Below are positions 51,994 to 62,543 of a DNA stretch of 64,000 bases, piece after piece (position 1 is the stretch's first letter; each line of letters starts with the position of its first letter). The DNA comes from Andalucia godoyi And28 (lineage: Eukaryota > Protista > Jakobida): positions 222,438-286,437 of the forward strand of contig VRVR01000028.1 of assembly GCA_009859145.1 (NCBI GenBank). The letters run 5' to 3'. The notes below the pieces were generated by a model. It ran no database searches. It was not told the origin of the DNA and saw nothing but the letters and a program-made list of their open reading frames with translations. Made by a program: the position numbers and the translations under genes.

Positions 51994-52439
51994 GATAATA
52001 GCACGTCATTGTCATGCATACGGGGGAGTATACATAAACAGACACGGTCGATACTTGGCCGACATTAGCACGTTTGTTTCACAGGAATTCGTGATACAGG
52101 GCCTCTTAGGTCCCGCAGACCTACTAAGAGACCACGTGTCACTACACCTACCGCCTCTTCCTCTCGTATCTCCAGTTGCATCAATCGCTGCAGCTGAGGA
52201 CACGAAAGCGCCTGCTGCTGCTAGGGTCGTCAGAATCAAAAAAGCACCTTCTCAGGAACCACGTGTCACGCTGAGAAAGTGGCTCACAGATTGATCGAGA
52301 CTGGGAGCGGAGCGCGGAACATCTATCTGAAGAACGCCGTGTGGCGTGTTGGGGGTCTATCCCCTTCGCGGCAACGGGATGCAAGACTGAATTTGCATGT
52401 CTACTCGTAGATATGCATGTTCAGGGTATAATGTAGGCG
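51991..52439 (+). mobile_element. Dispersed structured repeat family 1, copy 3
   Basis: Shares the left module, the GGGCCTC...GAGACC hairpin module and the right module with copy 1. It lacks the segment equivalent to about 10740-10910 and carries a 64-bp insertion (52146-52209). Confidence 0.65.
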
Positions 52440-52961
52440 TAGCGGTAAATGTGATTCTCTGCCAAATACACGAATGTCCAACACTTTTTAGGGCGGCGGC
52501 ATGGATTCATGGACTAGTCCACGGAATGTGCACGGCTCCTGGCAATACGCAGTCGAAAAGCGAAACGCAAAGATGCAGGAACCGAGATTCTTCGTCGTTC
52601 CTGCTCAATTAAAATTCAAACGAGGGGTGAGGGAGTCTGATTGCCATCCTCCAACCTAGACCTGCGCATCTGTGCCGCGACGATGGAGACAGCCACACAG
52701 CAACGGCCGACAGCTTTGTGTATCAAACGTTGAACGTCAAACAATACAACGCCCTTATTGTCGTCAAGTCCAGGATTTCTTTGTTCGTCACTTTTCTTCT
52801 TGTTTTAATATTATTTTTGTTTTGTGTTTTATACATAATCGAATCCCATGGCTTCAAAGAGGGATCTTCCCAACAAACCCACGCCAGCCATGCTTGAAGA
52901 CACCGAGAACCAAGAAACCCGTTGATCCCCTCTCGCCGGAGGCCGAGAGCAAGAAGAAGAA

Positions 52962-53101
52962 GCGATGGCCCTTTGATGCAGAGCAATCTGCACGGAAGAG
53001 TTGGTGCTCGTCCCAAATTAAATTAAAAACATGTGGCTTGGATCTGTCTTTGGTGACAACGTAGCTGATAACCAATAATGATGCATGCTTTGGCGAGCGG
53101 T
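52962..53101 (-). repeat. Dispersed repeat family 2, copy B
   Basis: Its reverse complement aligns with 720-855 (see copy A). Confidence 0.8.
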
Positions 53102-53312
53102 GTTAACAAATCGTTTCACTCCAGTTTTGCAGTGCATTTTCCAGGACTGCGGGGGGGATAGTCACATTAGCAAATAAATATTTTAAAAAACCGTCTCCAT
53201 TGAATACCAGCCCGGCGTGCAGCAATCTTTGATGAATTGCAGCATTCTTGTGTTAAAAAATAAAATAAAATCGCGTGCCATAGCAATTAGAGTTATTTTA
53301 ATTTATAACACG

Positions 53313-56300
53313 CTATTCTTGTCCGTCAAGGTTGAGAGAACTAGAGTCCATCGTGACGGCAGATGATACACCACCGGTCGGGGCGTACTGCGCACTTATT
53401 GCGTCTTGCACAAAGTATGTCACCATCTTCCCAACGCCTTTGACTGCAATTTCTCCGCGCTCCGCACACACAAACTGGTCATGAACACGTTCGTACGTTT
53501 GACGCGAGATCTGTGCCTTTCCCGGCAAACTGGAGGACTCCATACGCGATGCAATGTTCACATTGTTCGACCAGCAGTCATAGGCAAGCGTCCGAGTTCC
53601 GAGAACTCCGGCAACTACAGAGCCTGTGTGCACTCCAACGCGGATGTTCAGCTCGGTTCCAGTTTCGCGGTTGAATGCGGCAATGCACGCCAGTGCATCG
53701 AGCGCAAAAGCACATGCATGCTCTGGATGTGCATGATCCTCCGTCAGACCAGCAATCGCAAACAGCGCATCACCGATCGTCTTAATCTTTTGCAGCTTGT
53801 GTTTTGCGCACAAGTCGTCAAATCGCGTGAAAATCTTGTTAAGAATCGAGACCAGCTCAATAGGCTTCTTCGTTTGACTAAAAGGCGTGAAGTTGCAGAT
53901 GTCCAAAAACACGATGGACACATCCTCAAATTGGTCTGCAATGGTTTCGCCGCGAAGTAAGCGGTCGGCCACGTGCTTCGGCATGATGTTCGTCAAGAGC
54001 TGCTCAGAACGCTTTTTCTCCTTAATCAACAGTTCTTCATGCTTCTTTTCAATAGAAAGATCACGCAGGAATCCAGCAAACATTCTGCGCTCACCAACAG
54101 CACCCCACGAGACAGACAACCGAACCGGGAATGACGAGCTGTCCTTTCGGTGACCCGTGAGATCAAATACTCTCCCTTGCGCAGCGGAGTTGTCTCTTCG
54201 GGTGTTGGAGATCTTCACAACTTCTGTGATGTAATCATCAATCTTTTTCCCATCAATGTCTTCGAACATCATCCGAACATCTTTTCCAAGAACATCTTCC
54301 GCAGTGTACTGGAACATTTTCGCTGCAGCCTTGTTCACCACTGACAACACTCCGGAATCGTCAAACTCAACAACACCGTCAACAGACGCTTCCAACATCG
54401 ATCGAGTTCGCTCCTCGGATTCTTTCAGCGCTTGCGAGATCTTCTTTGCATTTACCCTGTCTCCAGACAGAATGTAGTCGCGGATACCGGCGTTGCTGTC
54501 GATCACATCGGTAGGCAGCAGAAGAAGCATTCTGCGAAGGCGCTCGTTTTCTGCATACAGCGCATCAAGAGCGGAGCGAACAACCAAAAGAGTGGACAAG
54601 ACGAAAATCGGCCAAAACACCATGAACAATAGCAAATTGGCAATCCGAACGACTTCCGCAGTAGTGTCATACTTGTTCAGCCAGAGAGACCGCGCTCGCG
54701 ACATCGTAGTGGGCAACAGCGTATCTGAAATCTGCACAACGCTCGACGTAAGCCCCGCCTCTCCGTTTCCGATACGATTTGCCAGGGACGCCAACCGCGA
54801 GACTAGCCCATCAATCGAGTCCGTTCCGGTGAAGCACGCGGCATACAAACTACTGTCGTCCGTGTTCTGCAATCCGGGATACGCGACGGGAAAACTATTT
54901 TGTCCCGTCGCTAGAATCTGCCAGTTTTCCACCAACTGAGCTGCATCGGCGATGACGTACGCCTGCATGTCGGAAGCGGTCCACAAGGAGCTCGCTGCAA
55001 TCAGCTCGCCAGACCAAAACCGAATTCGCTGGGAGTAATACATCACAGCACCGAACTGTCGGAGCTCGCCATATTTCTGCTGAGAAGTGGTTGAAATGGA
55101 GGTTGAAGAAATAAAGAAGGAATTTCCCCACAACAAAAACAACAGCACGACACCCGTCATACGAAAGAGCAACTGCGAGTCCACAGAATGCCCATTTCCG
55201 TCGCTGATTTCAAGAGACGCTTCGGCCTTCTCATCAAAATCCGCAGCATGCATCACAGCGGTTTTGTAATAATTGTACAAGCTGGATAACGTACCCTTTG
55301 GGACTGTAGAAATCAGACGCAGCACGGAGGACCGCTCACCGAGCATCAGACGATACGCAGGTGCAAAGACGAACACTGCAAATAGGAAAATCAGCGATGA
55401 AGAAACGATCCCTGCAATTTGCGCGTTCAAATTGTAGGTGTCAACATTCTTCGACCAGACGGATGCATACTTCTTGGAGAGAGAAGAGTCGAACGCCTGA
55501 GACACTATTATCATGTCATTATACAGCAAGAATGCGGCGTCCGACCCGACAGTTCCAGAGCCAGCCGTGTACGCTCCACGTGCTGCTTCAATCACCTGCC
55601 TCGACGAACCTTGTAGAGTGTTCGTAAAAGATGAATTTGACGAAAACGAACCGGATGTGAACGACATCAAATTATAGCGTTCCGAAAACCATGCGAGAGC
55701 CAAGCTGCTTGTATCAACAGTCTTGGAAGACGTTAAATCAAGCATGCTGGATTCAAAAGTTGAGATTGCAGAGGTCATCGTCGAGAACGAAAAGCGAAAG
55801 GCTGCACTCATTCCCAGCGAAGCTGCAGAAATATCCATCGCCTTCGCCAATGTCGACGACGTGCCCAGCGACGTACTCGCTGACATGAATGCTGTGGAGA
55901 ACGCATACGAAAAGATGACGTAAACAAGCATCGACAGGATCATACCGGATATACACCAGACCACAAGTTGAATAGCAGAGGAGTGTCCTTTCGACAAACT
56001 TTTTCTATAGTGCCGCATCTTGGCGTTTGTAGATTCTGTGGAAACATCCGAGCGGGATGCAACGGAGGCTGCACTGCTGATGTGGCCAACATGCTCCTTC
56101 GCAGAGGCCGTATCACGACCAACCTTTGAGGAGCTGTCATCATCGTAATTCACCTTTTTCTTCCGAACAACAGGAGCCGGTTCCTCAGGAATGTTCTGTT
56201 CTGGCAAGAGCGGGGCGACTGCATTGCGCTTGCGAACTTTTCCAGCCAAGATGCCCGGCCGCGCATTCTGGCTTCCGCTGCCGACACTCAGGTCACATTC

Positions 56301-58157
56301 GCTCCCAGAAGGCGCAAATCCAGGACGAGAACTGTTAAGAGTCGAGGACGTGCCATCGTGTGAATCCACGGTGGAAAACGCGGACTTTCTCACCTTGTAT
56401 TCCTGCAGTTCGGTGGCGGTTTCGTGGTATTTGTCGGATGCCTCTCGATCGTTTTCAGCATCACGCAGAAATTCAGCATATGCATGAAGAACTACAGAGG
56501 AACGCGGGTATCGCCGAAGCAGTATCTTGAACAACCGCTCCGCCTCGCGATGGGCCTTGTCCAGCGATACAACGGTGTTCAAAATGCTAGACGGATCCTC
56601 TTCTTGAAGCATGGACTTCCAGAAGGATCGCAAGTGAAGTCGCACAGAAGCGACGTACTTTTGCGCCACAAGAACCGCTCGCTGCACCTCTTGAGCATCT
56701 GCAAGGAATGCGCCTCCTGGTCCAATTGCTCTGCTGACTTCCCGCTGGAATGCCGCAACTCGATACCATTCGTACTTTGTCAGCGTCGATTCAGTGTCGA
56801 TATTTCGTTCTGCCTTCTTCAGCAACGCGTCTGCTAGCAACGGATTGTCCTTGTACGCCAGAACATGGAGAGCAAACACGCGAGCGAGATTTGGATCATT
56901 CGGAAACTGCAGAGCTACATCTTCGAAAATCATGGTGATCGAGTCGAAAGAGAATGCATGGGACTTGTGGATTGGCTTCAAGAAGCTCTGTGTGAACTTT
57001 CGAACGAGCACCGAAACCAGCCACGGATCTTCAATATGTTGCACTCCATAAGTTATACCCAACCCGGAGTTTCCAGAGTCTCTGCTACCCGATCGAGGAG
57101 TGTCATTCGTCGGGCTGTTCACGCTGTCCAGATCGCCGATCGGCAATCCCTCGCCACGCTCAATGTAGTGCTCATGTGGATGGCTCACTTCCGCCTCTGA
57201 AGCGGTGATGTGGTGCATCAAGTTCACAAACAAGACGTAGTTAACGAACCCGCCAACAAGAAACGCTGGAAGAATCGCCACGAGCGCCACGACACCCAAA
57301 GTTGCTCCTACCGTATTGTCGTCATAGATGCGAGCTATCAAACCGCAAACACATATAACCAGGACAGCGCATCCCTTTCCAGCGTAAAATGCGTTCTGGA
57401 ATGGCCGATAGTACGGAAATCTATTGTTGTAGTAGTACAGTAGAGAAACTCCATACAGGATCCCGGCGATGTACTGCAGAGGAAGAGTGCCTTCATATGC
57501 ACGAAATCCCAAAATGAATGTCAGCCCCCAGGTGTCGATCACTTGGCCAACACCTGACATTCGACTCGCAATGCTCGACGCAGACGGAATGAACGGAAAC
57601 ACAAAAAAAGATGTGCACGTGGCGCAGTACAGCAATATCACAACAAACATCATCGCAATGATGGTAGACGGGCCGTTCGTCGGGTTCCAGCACACGGCAT
57701 TCGTAATCATGAAATTCGCGTCTCTGTCAAGGTACGTACACGCGGCGATGTTGAATGTAATGGCAGCAAACTGAACGACGAGAACAGGAGAATAGAGCTC
57801 CTGAAGAAAGCGGAGCGAGTACAGAGACTTCCTGGCCAGCTGACCTCGCTTCAAGGAGAACTGTGCCATGCAAAACAGTCCAATCATCAAAACCTGAAAC
57901 ACCACTGCAAAGCCGTAGAACAGGCCCAGGGAGCTGGTGGAAGAGGTCCCATACGTCACATCATAGAGGGGCGCCAGTTTTGCGAACACGCTTTGGAGCG
58001 TCGGGCCCCAGTTCGTTCGAGGATTGAAATGCAAGAGCAGTGTAGACACCGCATGATACAGCTGGAAGAACAGCGAAATAAGGATCGGAGATTGCTTCCT
58101 TGAAAGAAAGTGAGCAATGGAAAAATTGATCTCGTCAGGGGCGACGAACGAATCCAT
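53313..58157 (-). CDS. Multi-TM, TmcB/C-like, PAS-domain class III adenylyl cyclase
   Basis: N-terminal TM cluster; TPR-like AERLFKILLRRYPRSSVVLHAYAEFL; further TMs; PAS (ASVDGVV..VVNKAAAKMFQY..GKDVRMMF). Cyclase motifs FLDICNFT, KIKTIGD and YDCWSNNVNIASRMES, with the Lys/Asp pair that specifies ATP. Confidence 0.92.
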   Translation of the reverse strand: MDSFVAPDEINFSIAHFLSRKQSPILISLFFQLYHAVSTLLLHFNPRTNWGPTLQSVFAKLAPLYDVTYGTSSTSSLGLFYGFAVVFQVLMIGLFCMAQFSLKRGQLARKSLYSLRFLQELYSPVLVVQFAAITFNIAACTYLDRDANFMITNAVCWNPTNGPSTIIAMMFVVILLYCATCTSFFVFPFIPSASSIASRMSGVGQVIDTWGLTFILGFRAYEGTLPLQYIAGILYGVSLLYYYNNRFPYYRPFQNAFYAGKGCAVLVICVCGLIARIYDDNTVGATLGVVALVAILPAFLVGGFVNYVLFVNLMHHITASEAEVSHPHEHYIERGEGLPIGDLDSVNSPTNDTPRSGSRDSGNSGLGITYGVQHIEDPWLVSVLVRKFTQSFLKPIHKSHAFSFDSITMIFEDVALQFPNDPNLARVFALHVLAYKDNPLLADALLKKAERNIDTESTLTKYEWYRVAAFQREVSRAIGPGGAFLADAQEVQRAVLVAQKYVASVRLHLRSFWKSMLQEEDPSSILNTVVSLDKAHREAERLFKILLRRYPRSSVVLHAYAEFLRDAENDREASDKYHETATELQEYKVRKSAFSTVDSHDGTSSTLNSSRPGFAPSGSECDLSVGSGSQNARPGILAGKVRKRNAVAPLLPEQNIPEEPAPVVRKKKVNYDDDSSSKVGRDTASAKEHVGHISSAASVASRSDVSTESTNAKMRHYRKSLSKGHSSAIQLVVWCISGMILSMLVYVIFSYAFSTAFMSASTSLGTSSTLAKAMDISAASLGMSAAFRFSFSTMTSAISTFESSMLDLTSSKTVDTSSLALAWFSERYNLMSFTSGSFSSNSSFTNTLQGSSRQVIEAARGAYTAGSGTVGSDAAFLLYNDMIIVSQAFDSSLSKKYASVWSKNVDTYNLNAQIAGIVSSSLIFLFAVFVFAPAYRLMLGERSSVLRLISTVPKGTLSSLYNYYKTAVMHAADFDEKAEASLEISDGNGHSVDSQLLFRMTGVVLLFLLWGNSFFISSTSISTTSQQKYGELRQFGAVMYYSQRIRFWSGELIAASSLWTASDMQAYVIADAAQLVENWQILATGQNSFPVAYPGLQNTDDSSLYAACFTGTDSIDGLVSRLASLANRIGNGEAGLTSSVVQISDTLLPTTMSRARSLWLNKYDTTAEVVRIANLLLFMVFWPIFVLSTLLVVRSALDALYAENERLRRMLLLLPTDVIDSNAGIRDYILSGDRVNAKKISQALKESEERTRSMLEASVDGVVEFDDSGVLSVVNKAAAKMFQYTAEDVLGKDVRMMFEDIDGKKIDDYITEVVKISNTRRDNSAAQGRVFDLTGHRKDSSSFPVRLSVSWGAVGERRMFAGFLRDLSIEKKHEELLIKEKKRSEQLLTNIMPKHVADRLLRGETIADQFEDVSIVFLDICNFTPFSQTKKPIELVSILNKIFTRFDDLCAKHKLQKIKTIGDALFAIAGLTEDHAHPEHACAFALDALACIAAFNRETGTELNIRVGVHTGSVVAGVLGTRTLAYDCWSNNVNIASRMESSSLPGKAQISRQTYERVHDQFVCAERGEIAVKGVGKMVTYFVQDAISAQYAPTGGVSSAVTMDSSSLNLDGQE

Positions 58158-58489
58158 GACTCCTGCAGCAAATTATATATGTAATGTACACAAAATGACA
58201 ATGATGTTACTGAATGAATCTTGGGGAGGAGGCAGGAGAGGAAAGGAAAAAAAAAAGAAAGAAAAAAAGAAAGAGGAGGCCCCCGAGAGCTGCTCGCCAC
58301 ACGAACCCCACCCACAACAAGAAGAAAAGAAAAACGCTGCCTGAAGGATAGAGCGGCAGCGATGAGGATGAACGGGGAGGGGAAGCGAAAGAGGGGAAAG
58401 GGGACAAGAGAAGAAGAACAGGCAAAAAATAAACAAGGGAAAGGAAACAAGAAGGAAAGGTTAACAAAAAAAAAAGAAAGGAAAGGAAA

Positions 58490-59071
58490 ATGAAAATGAA
58501 ACGGTCCTTCTCTTTTCGAAACCGTGACGATGAAGTGGGCGAGTGCGAGCAGGTTGATCAGAAGGAAGCAAGCCGCCGCATAGTACCATCCATGCAAGCA
58601 CCCGTTTCATTTTTTCGTTTCCCACTGGTTTGTGAATTTGCGACCCCAGCTTCTTTCCAGAAGATACTTTCAGATTCCGTCAGCGCCACCTGCGGAGTTT
58701 TCGGATGCAGCCAGGTGCTGGCACGGGATTGTTCGTTGCTTGTGCCGCCCTATGTCGGGTTGCCGCTTTCAGCCGCGTCTCTTCTCCTGCTAACGACATT
58801 CCCCCGGACTTCCTTGCTTGCTTTGAGATTCCGTTTCAACCCGGAAGCAGCACCCGCGGAGTGTATGGATTCCAACGACACTTCTGCTCCGCTCAAAAAA
58901 CTCGTCAGTCCAGCCCGTGAGTGTTTAATTACGTTTGCTATGCTGTTGACATCTTCAGAAAGGCGCTCGACCGCTCGATGTGCATATCGGCGCGTCTTTT
59001 CCAAACCACTTGCTCTGCCTGTCAGTGTTTCTCTTTCCTGCCCTCCCGACAAGTCCGTTGATTGCTCCTAG
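58490..59071. other. GC-rich island with overlapping candidate ORFs (58490-59071 + or 58750-59052 -)
   Basis: Composition is coding-like, but no motif is recognised and the real frame or strand cannot be chosen. Confidence 0.25.
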
Positions 59072-59213
59072 AAACTCCTTTTGGAGTCTATCTGTATTAT
59101 TTGAGGTTGCGCTTACTGTTGTGTTCATCGTTATTGTTGCTATTGTTACTATCGTCGTTATTGCTTTTGAAAGCGCTGCCTAGGCAGAACGTGTGAAATC
59201 CCCTTGCAAAAGA

Positions 59214-60836
59214 ATGCCGAGTGAAGAGGAAATCAGGACTTCAATTTCCAATCTGACGACGGCAGTAAATGCTGCGTTTTTGCTGTGCGGCGCATTCAAT
59301 GTTTTCTTTATGCAAGCAGGGTTCACGGTTCTCGAGGCCGGTGTCTCGCGACTGCAGAATCTGCGCTCCATCATCTTGCAAAACCTCGCGGAAACGTGCA
59401 TCACAGCGCTTACCTGGTACCTCATTGGGTATTCGCTGGCGTTTGGCGAGCATTCGATTGGCGGATATGTGGCGTATGGGAAAAATACGTTTGCTCTTGG
59501 TGATCCAGATAAGTTTGTGTTTTTCATGTTCATGCTTGTGTTCGCCATGGCGACCATTACCATTCCGAGTGGCGCGCTTGCAGAGCGTGTTCGTCTGTCT
59601 GGGTACTGTTTGTGGGTTCTCTTCAATGCGGCGATTGTCGTTCCACCTGTATTTCACGAAATATGGGATGCAAAGGGCTTCTTCAGGAAGCTTGGCTGCT
59701 TGGATTTTGCTGGCGGTATTCCGGTGCACACTTTGGGGGGAACGTCTGCGACCATTGGAACCTTCATTATTGGACCACGCATCGGACGATACAGCGTTGA
59801 CGGTGTTCCGCATCCGATCGACGGACATTCGATTGCAGACGCATCCGTCGGTTGCTTAATGTTGTGGTTTGGCTGGTTCGCGTTCAATCCGTGTTCCGCT
59901 CTGGTCATCGTGGGGCTTGCGCAGCCAGTGGGGTTCGTGGCGATGAACACCTTGGTGTGCTCCTCGGCAGCAACGATGTTCTCGCTCTTCTATGCGAGGC
60001 AGTTTTTCGGGTCCTTTGATATCGAGTTCACGCTGAACTCTGCACTGTCGGCGCTGGTGGCGATTACACCGTGCTGTGCATTTGTCGACCCATGGGCCGC
60101 TGTGGTCATTGGAGTCATTTCTGTCTTGGTCTACAGAGTGGCAGACGTTGCGGTGCGGAGTCTCATGATCGATGACCCTGTCGGTGCCACGCAGGTTCAT
60201 TTTGCGAACGGAATTGTCGGAACGCTGCTGAACGGCATCTTTGCAAAACCAGAACTCATCCGGAAATTCCTTGGTCCGTCCGATCCCGCTGTCGGAGGCT
60301 TCTTGTACACGGGAAGCCTTCAGCAATTGGGAGTGCAGGCACTCGCCGTCATGGGCTGCACTGCTTGGACGGCCATGTGCACTGTTGTCGTCATTGGCTC
60401 TCTTCACTACTACGGTTTTCTACGATTGAACGACAGGGATGAAATCGCCGGGCTTGACAACGCCGAGCAGGGCGGCGTCCAGGAACACGGCGAATTGGAC
60501 AGCCTCGACCAGAACGCTCTTGACGATCTCGACAACGAGTCTTCCAACTCGAGCCAGAATCTGGACAATTTTGACGAGCTGGACGACGTGGAATGCGGGG
60601 ATTTGGACTCTAGAAACGGGAGCTCCGTTTCTCGGGCGACGAGGAAGACTGCCCGATCGACGCATCGAAACCGCAAGGCTCATCGAGACGACGCCAGTCA
60701 GCTGAGCATGGCATCGCCCAGATCCCGCGTATCGCGTGCTTCGACCAAGAAGACGTCCAACTCGCGATTGTCATCCGTCAAAAGAGAGCGAAGACGACGG
60801 CGGCGAAACGAGTCTTCTGACAATGACGATGACTAA
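59214..60836 (+). CDS. AMT: Ammonium transporter (Amt/Mep) with a long charged C-terminal tail
   Basis: FFMQAGFTVLEAG, SGALAER, DFAGG.PVH, LWFGWFAFN and DDPVGATQVH (both pore His present). Start at MPSEEE (59214). Confidence 0.95.
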   Translation: MPSEEEIRTSISNLTTAVNAAFLLCGAFNVFFMQAGFTVLEAGVSRLQNLRSIILQNLAETCITALTWYLIGYSLAFGEHSIGGYVAYGKNTFALGDPDKFVFFMFMLVFAMATITIPSGALAERVRLSGYCLWVLFNAAIVVPPVFHEIWDAKGFFRKLGCLDFAGGIPVHTLGGTSATIGTFIIGPRIGRYSVDGVPHPIDGHSIADASVGCLMLWFGWFAFNPCSALVIVGLAQPVGFVAMNTLVCSSAATMFSLFYARQFFGSFDIEFTLNSALSALVAITPCCAFVDPWAAVVIGVISVLVYRVADVAVRSLMIDDPVGATQVHFANGIVGTLLNGIFAKPELIRKFLGPSDPAVGGFLYTGSLQQLGVQALAVMGCTAWTAMCTVVVIGSLHYYGFLRLNDRDEIAGLDNAEQGGVQEHGELDSLDQNALDDLDNESSNSSQNLDNFDELDDVECGDLDSRNGSSVSRATRKTARSTHRNRKAHRDDASQLSMASPRSRVSRASTKKTSNSRLSSVKRERRRRRRNESSDNDDD

Positions 60837-61218
60837 GAACACCACCCTCTTCTGATTACTCTAATAATGTAAATATATATACGGCATGATGTCATTGAAG
60901 CACGTACAACTTTGGTTTCTTTTCTCTCTCTCTTTCTTTATTTCCTTCTTCTGTAGTGCGGGAAAGCCACCCGCCACCCGCCACCTGAGTTCCGACCACG
61001 CAACTTTCCCGTTTGTCGAGTGGTGTCGAATCCCTCAGAGGCATGTGATTATAATCGAATGTGCGAGAGAGAAACCGAAAAACAAAAACAAAAACAAAAC
61101 AAAAACAAAAAAACGAAGGACGCAGGACGCAGGAGCGAATAACGACGCTAGACCTTTTTTTCAATTTCTTTTGCTTGCTCATTTGGTGGTGAAGTCGATC
61201 GCCCTTCGGTGGAAGAAG

Positions 61219-62259
61219 ATGCTGGTTCCAATTGATGTACATATTGCAGGTTGCGGAATGTGGAGACCGGATCCATGCGACATCGTGTCCATTTCAGCAA
61301 ACACATCAAATGAAGGCTACGAATCCTATTGCAATGCACCGCCAGAAATTTCCATCTCAGACATGAGCTTTGCTGCGGCAAAGCAGGCGCTGCGTGCCGC
61401 GAATGCAGAGCCAGATAGCATTCAGCAAGTATTTTTTGCATGGCAGTTCATAAAGGATAAGTCGTGTTGGAGTGCCGCATCGGATGTTGCGCGTCGCTTG
61501 GGCATTCCGAACTGTCCTGCATTGGACGTATTTCAATCGTGCAATGGGGTCTGTGCGGCGATTGAACTGTCTGTATCAAAGATGGTGTTGAATCGCAAGC
61601 TGGACAATGTGTTGATTGTTGCTGCAGATCGATATCCTGCACAGCTGTGCAAAAAGGACGAGTGCGACGATGGCGTCGTCTTTTCGGACGGTGCAGGTGC
61701 GCTCATCTTGTCGCGTGGCCCTGGTGAGTTTGCGGTTCGTTCGTTTGCATCCGCATACGATTGCGGCCTCAATGAGCTGTCTTCAATGAGCTTCGGTTCG
61801 TTGAAGGATGTCTTGTCGGGATTCGAGAACAAGGGGTGGTCTCCGTACGACGACAAGGTTGTGTTTCGGGAGGATGTTCGGGCACGCGGACTTCCGGACT
61901 CTACTCTGGTCGATGCGTTCACATCTGGTGCGAGCATTGTATGCAAGGAGATTTGCGAGGATGTTGGAGTGACATCTCTGAATGCTGGGTTCGACAAGGT
62001 CATCATGACAAACTACGGCCTGCGATTGGCAACTGCTTATGCTGACCGCGTTCTTCACGTTCCTCTGTCCAAGACGACGTATTCCACAGGTGTAAGATGG
62101 GGACATATGGGGAATGCGGACTTGCTTGTGAACTGGACTCTGTTTCTGGAGCGCGAGGACTGCGTCCGAAACGTGGGTGCTTGCCCCAATCAACGATTTC
62201 TGTGGTTCTCGCAAGGAATGGGAATTAATTCATGGGGCGTCGTTATAGAACGCAAGTGA
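61219..62259 (+). CDS. Ketoacyl-ACP synthase III-like (thiolase fold) acyltransferase of bacterial type
   Basis: ALDVFQSCNG (catalytic Cys), VLIVAADR, FSDGAGALIL, GHMGNAD and terminal SQGMG. Intronless; start at MLVPID (61219). Confidence 0.85.
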   Translation: MLVPIDVHIAGCGMWRPDPCDIVSISANTSNEGYESYCNAPPEISISDMSFAAAKQALRAANAEPDSIQQVFFAWQFIKDKSCWSAASDVARRLGIPNCPALDVFQSCNGVCAAIELSVSKMVLNRKLDNVLIVAADRYPAQLCKKDECDDGVVFSDGAGALILSRGPGEFAVRSFASAYDCGLNELSSMSFGSLKDVLSGFENKGWSPYDDKVVFREDVRARGLPDSTLVDAFTSGASIVCKEICEDVGVTSLNAGFDKVIMTNYGLRLATAYADRVLHVPLSKTTYSTGVRWGHMGNADLLVNWTLFLEREDCVRNVGACPNQRFLWFSQGMGINSWGVVIERK

Positions 62260-62364
62260 ATAAGTGCACGGCTGCTGCCATGTGTAGCCAGGAGCGTTGC
62301 AGAGCCATCGACGCTGGCATTTTAAACATGCAGAAGAAAAAGGAAATGGGAAGAAAAACAAATA

Positions 62365-62455
62365 AAGACGACGACGACGACGACAACAACAACAACAACA
62401 AACAAACAAACGAACAAACAAACAAACAAACGAACAAACAAACAAACAAACGAAC
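62365..62455 (+). repeat. Compound (GAC)n(AAC)n(AAAC)n microsatellite
   Basis: Read directly from the sequence. Confidence 0.9.
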
Positions 62456-62543
62456 AGACGGATGGGACGCATGCTTACGCACACAGCTTACGTGCCGTTT
62501 TCCTTTAAATGAAAATAATATTTACTTTACAATTGCACATCAT

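Noticed and set aside
52186-52216. Hammerhead-core-like CTGAGGA-CAC-GAAA in the copy 3 insertion
   Set aside because: There is no stem II (only 3 nt between the core halves), the cleavage triplet would end in G, and the motif is absent from the other copies.
10632-52439. Family 1 as a CRISPR array, SINE or tRNA-derived element
   Set aside because: Copies are dispersed rather than in a repeat-spacer array; there are no A/B boxes, cloverleaf or poly(A) tail.
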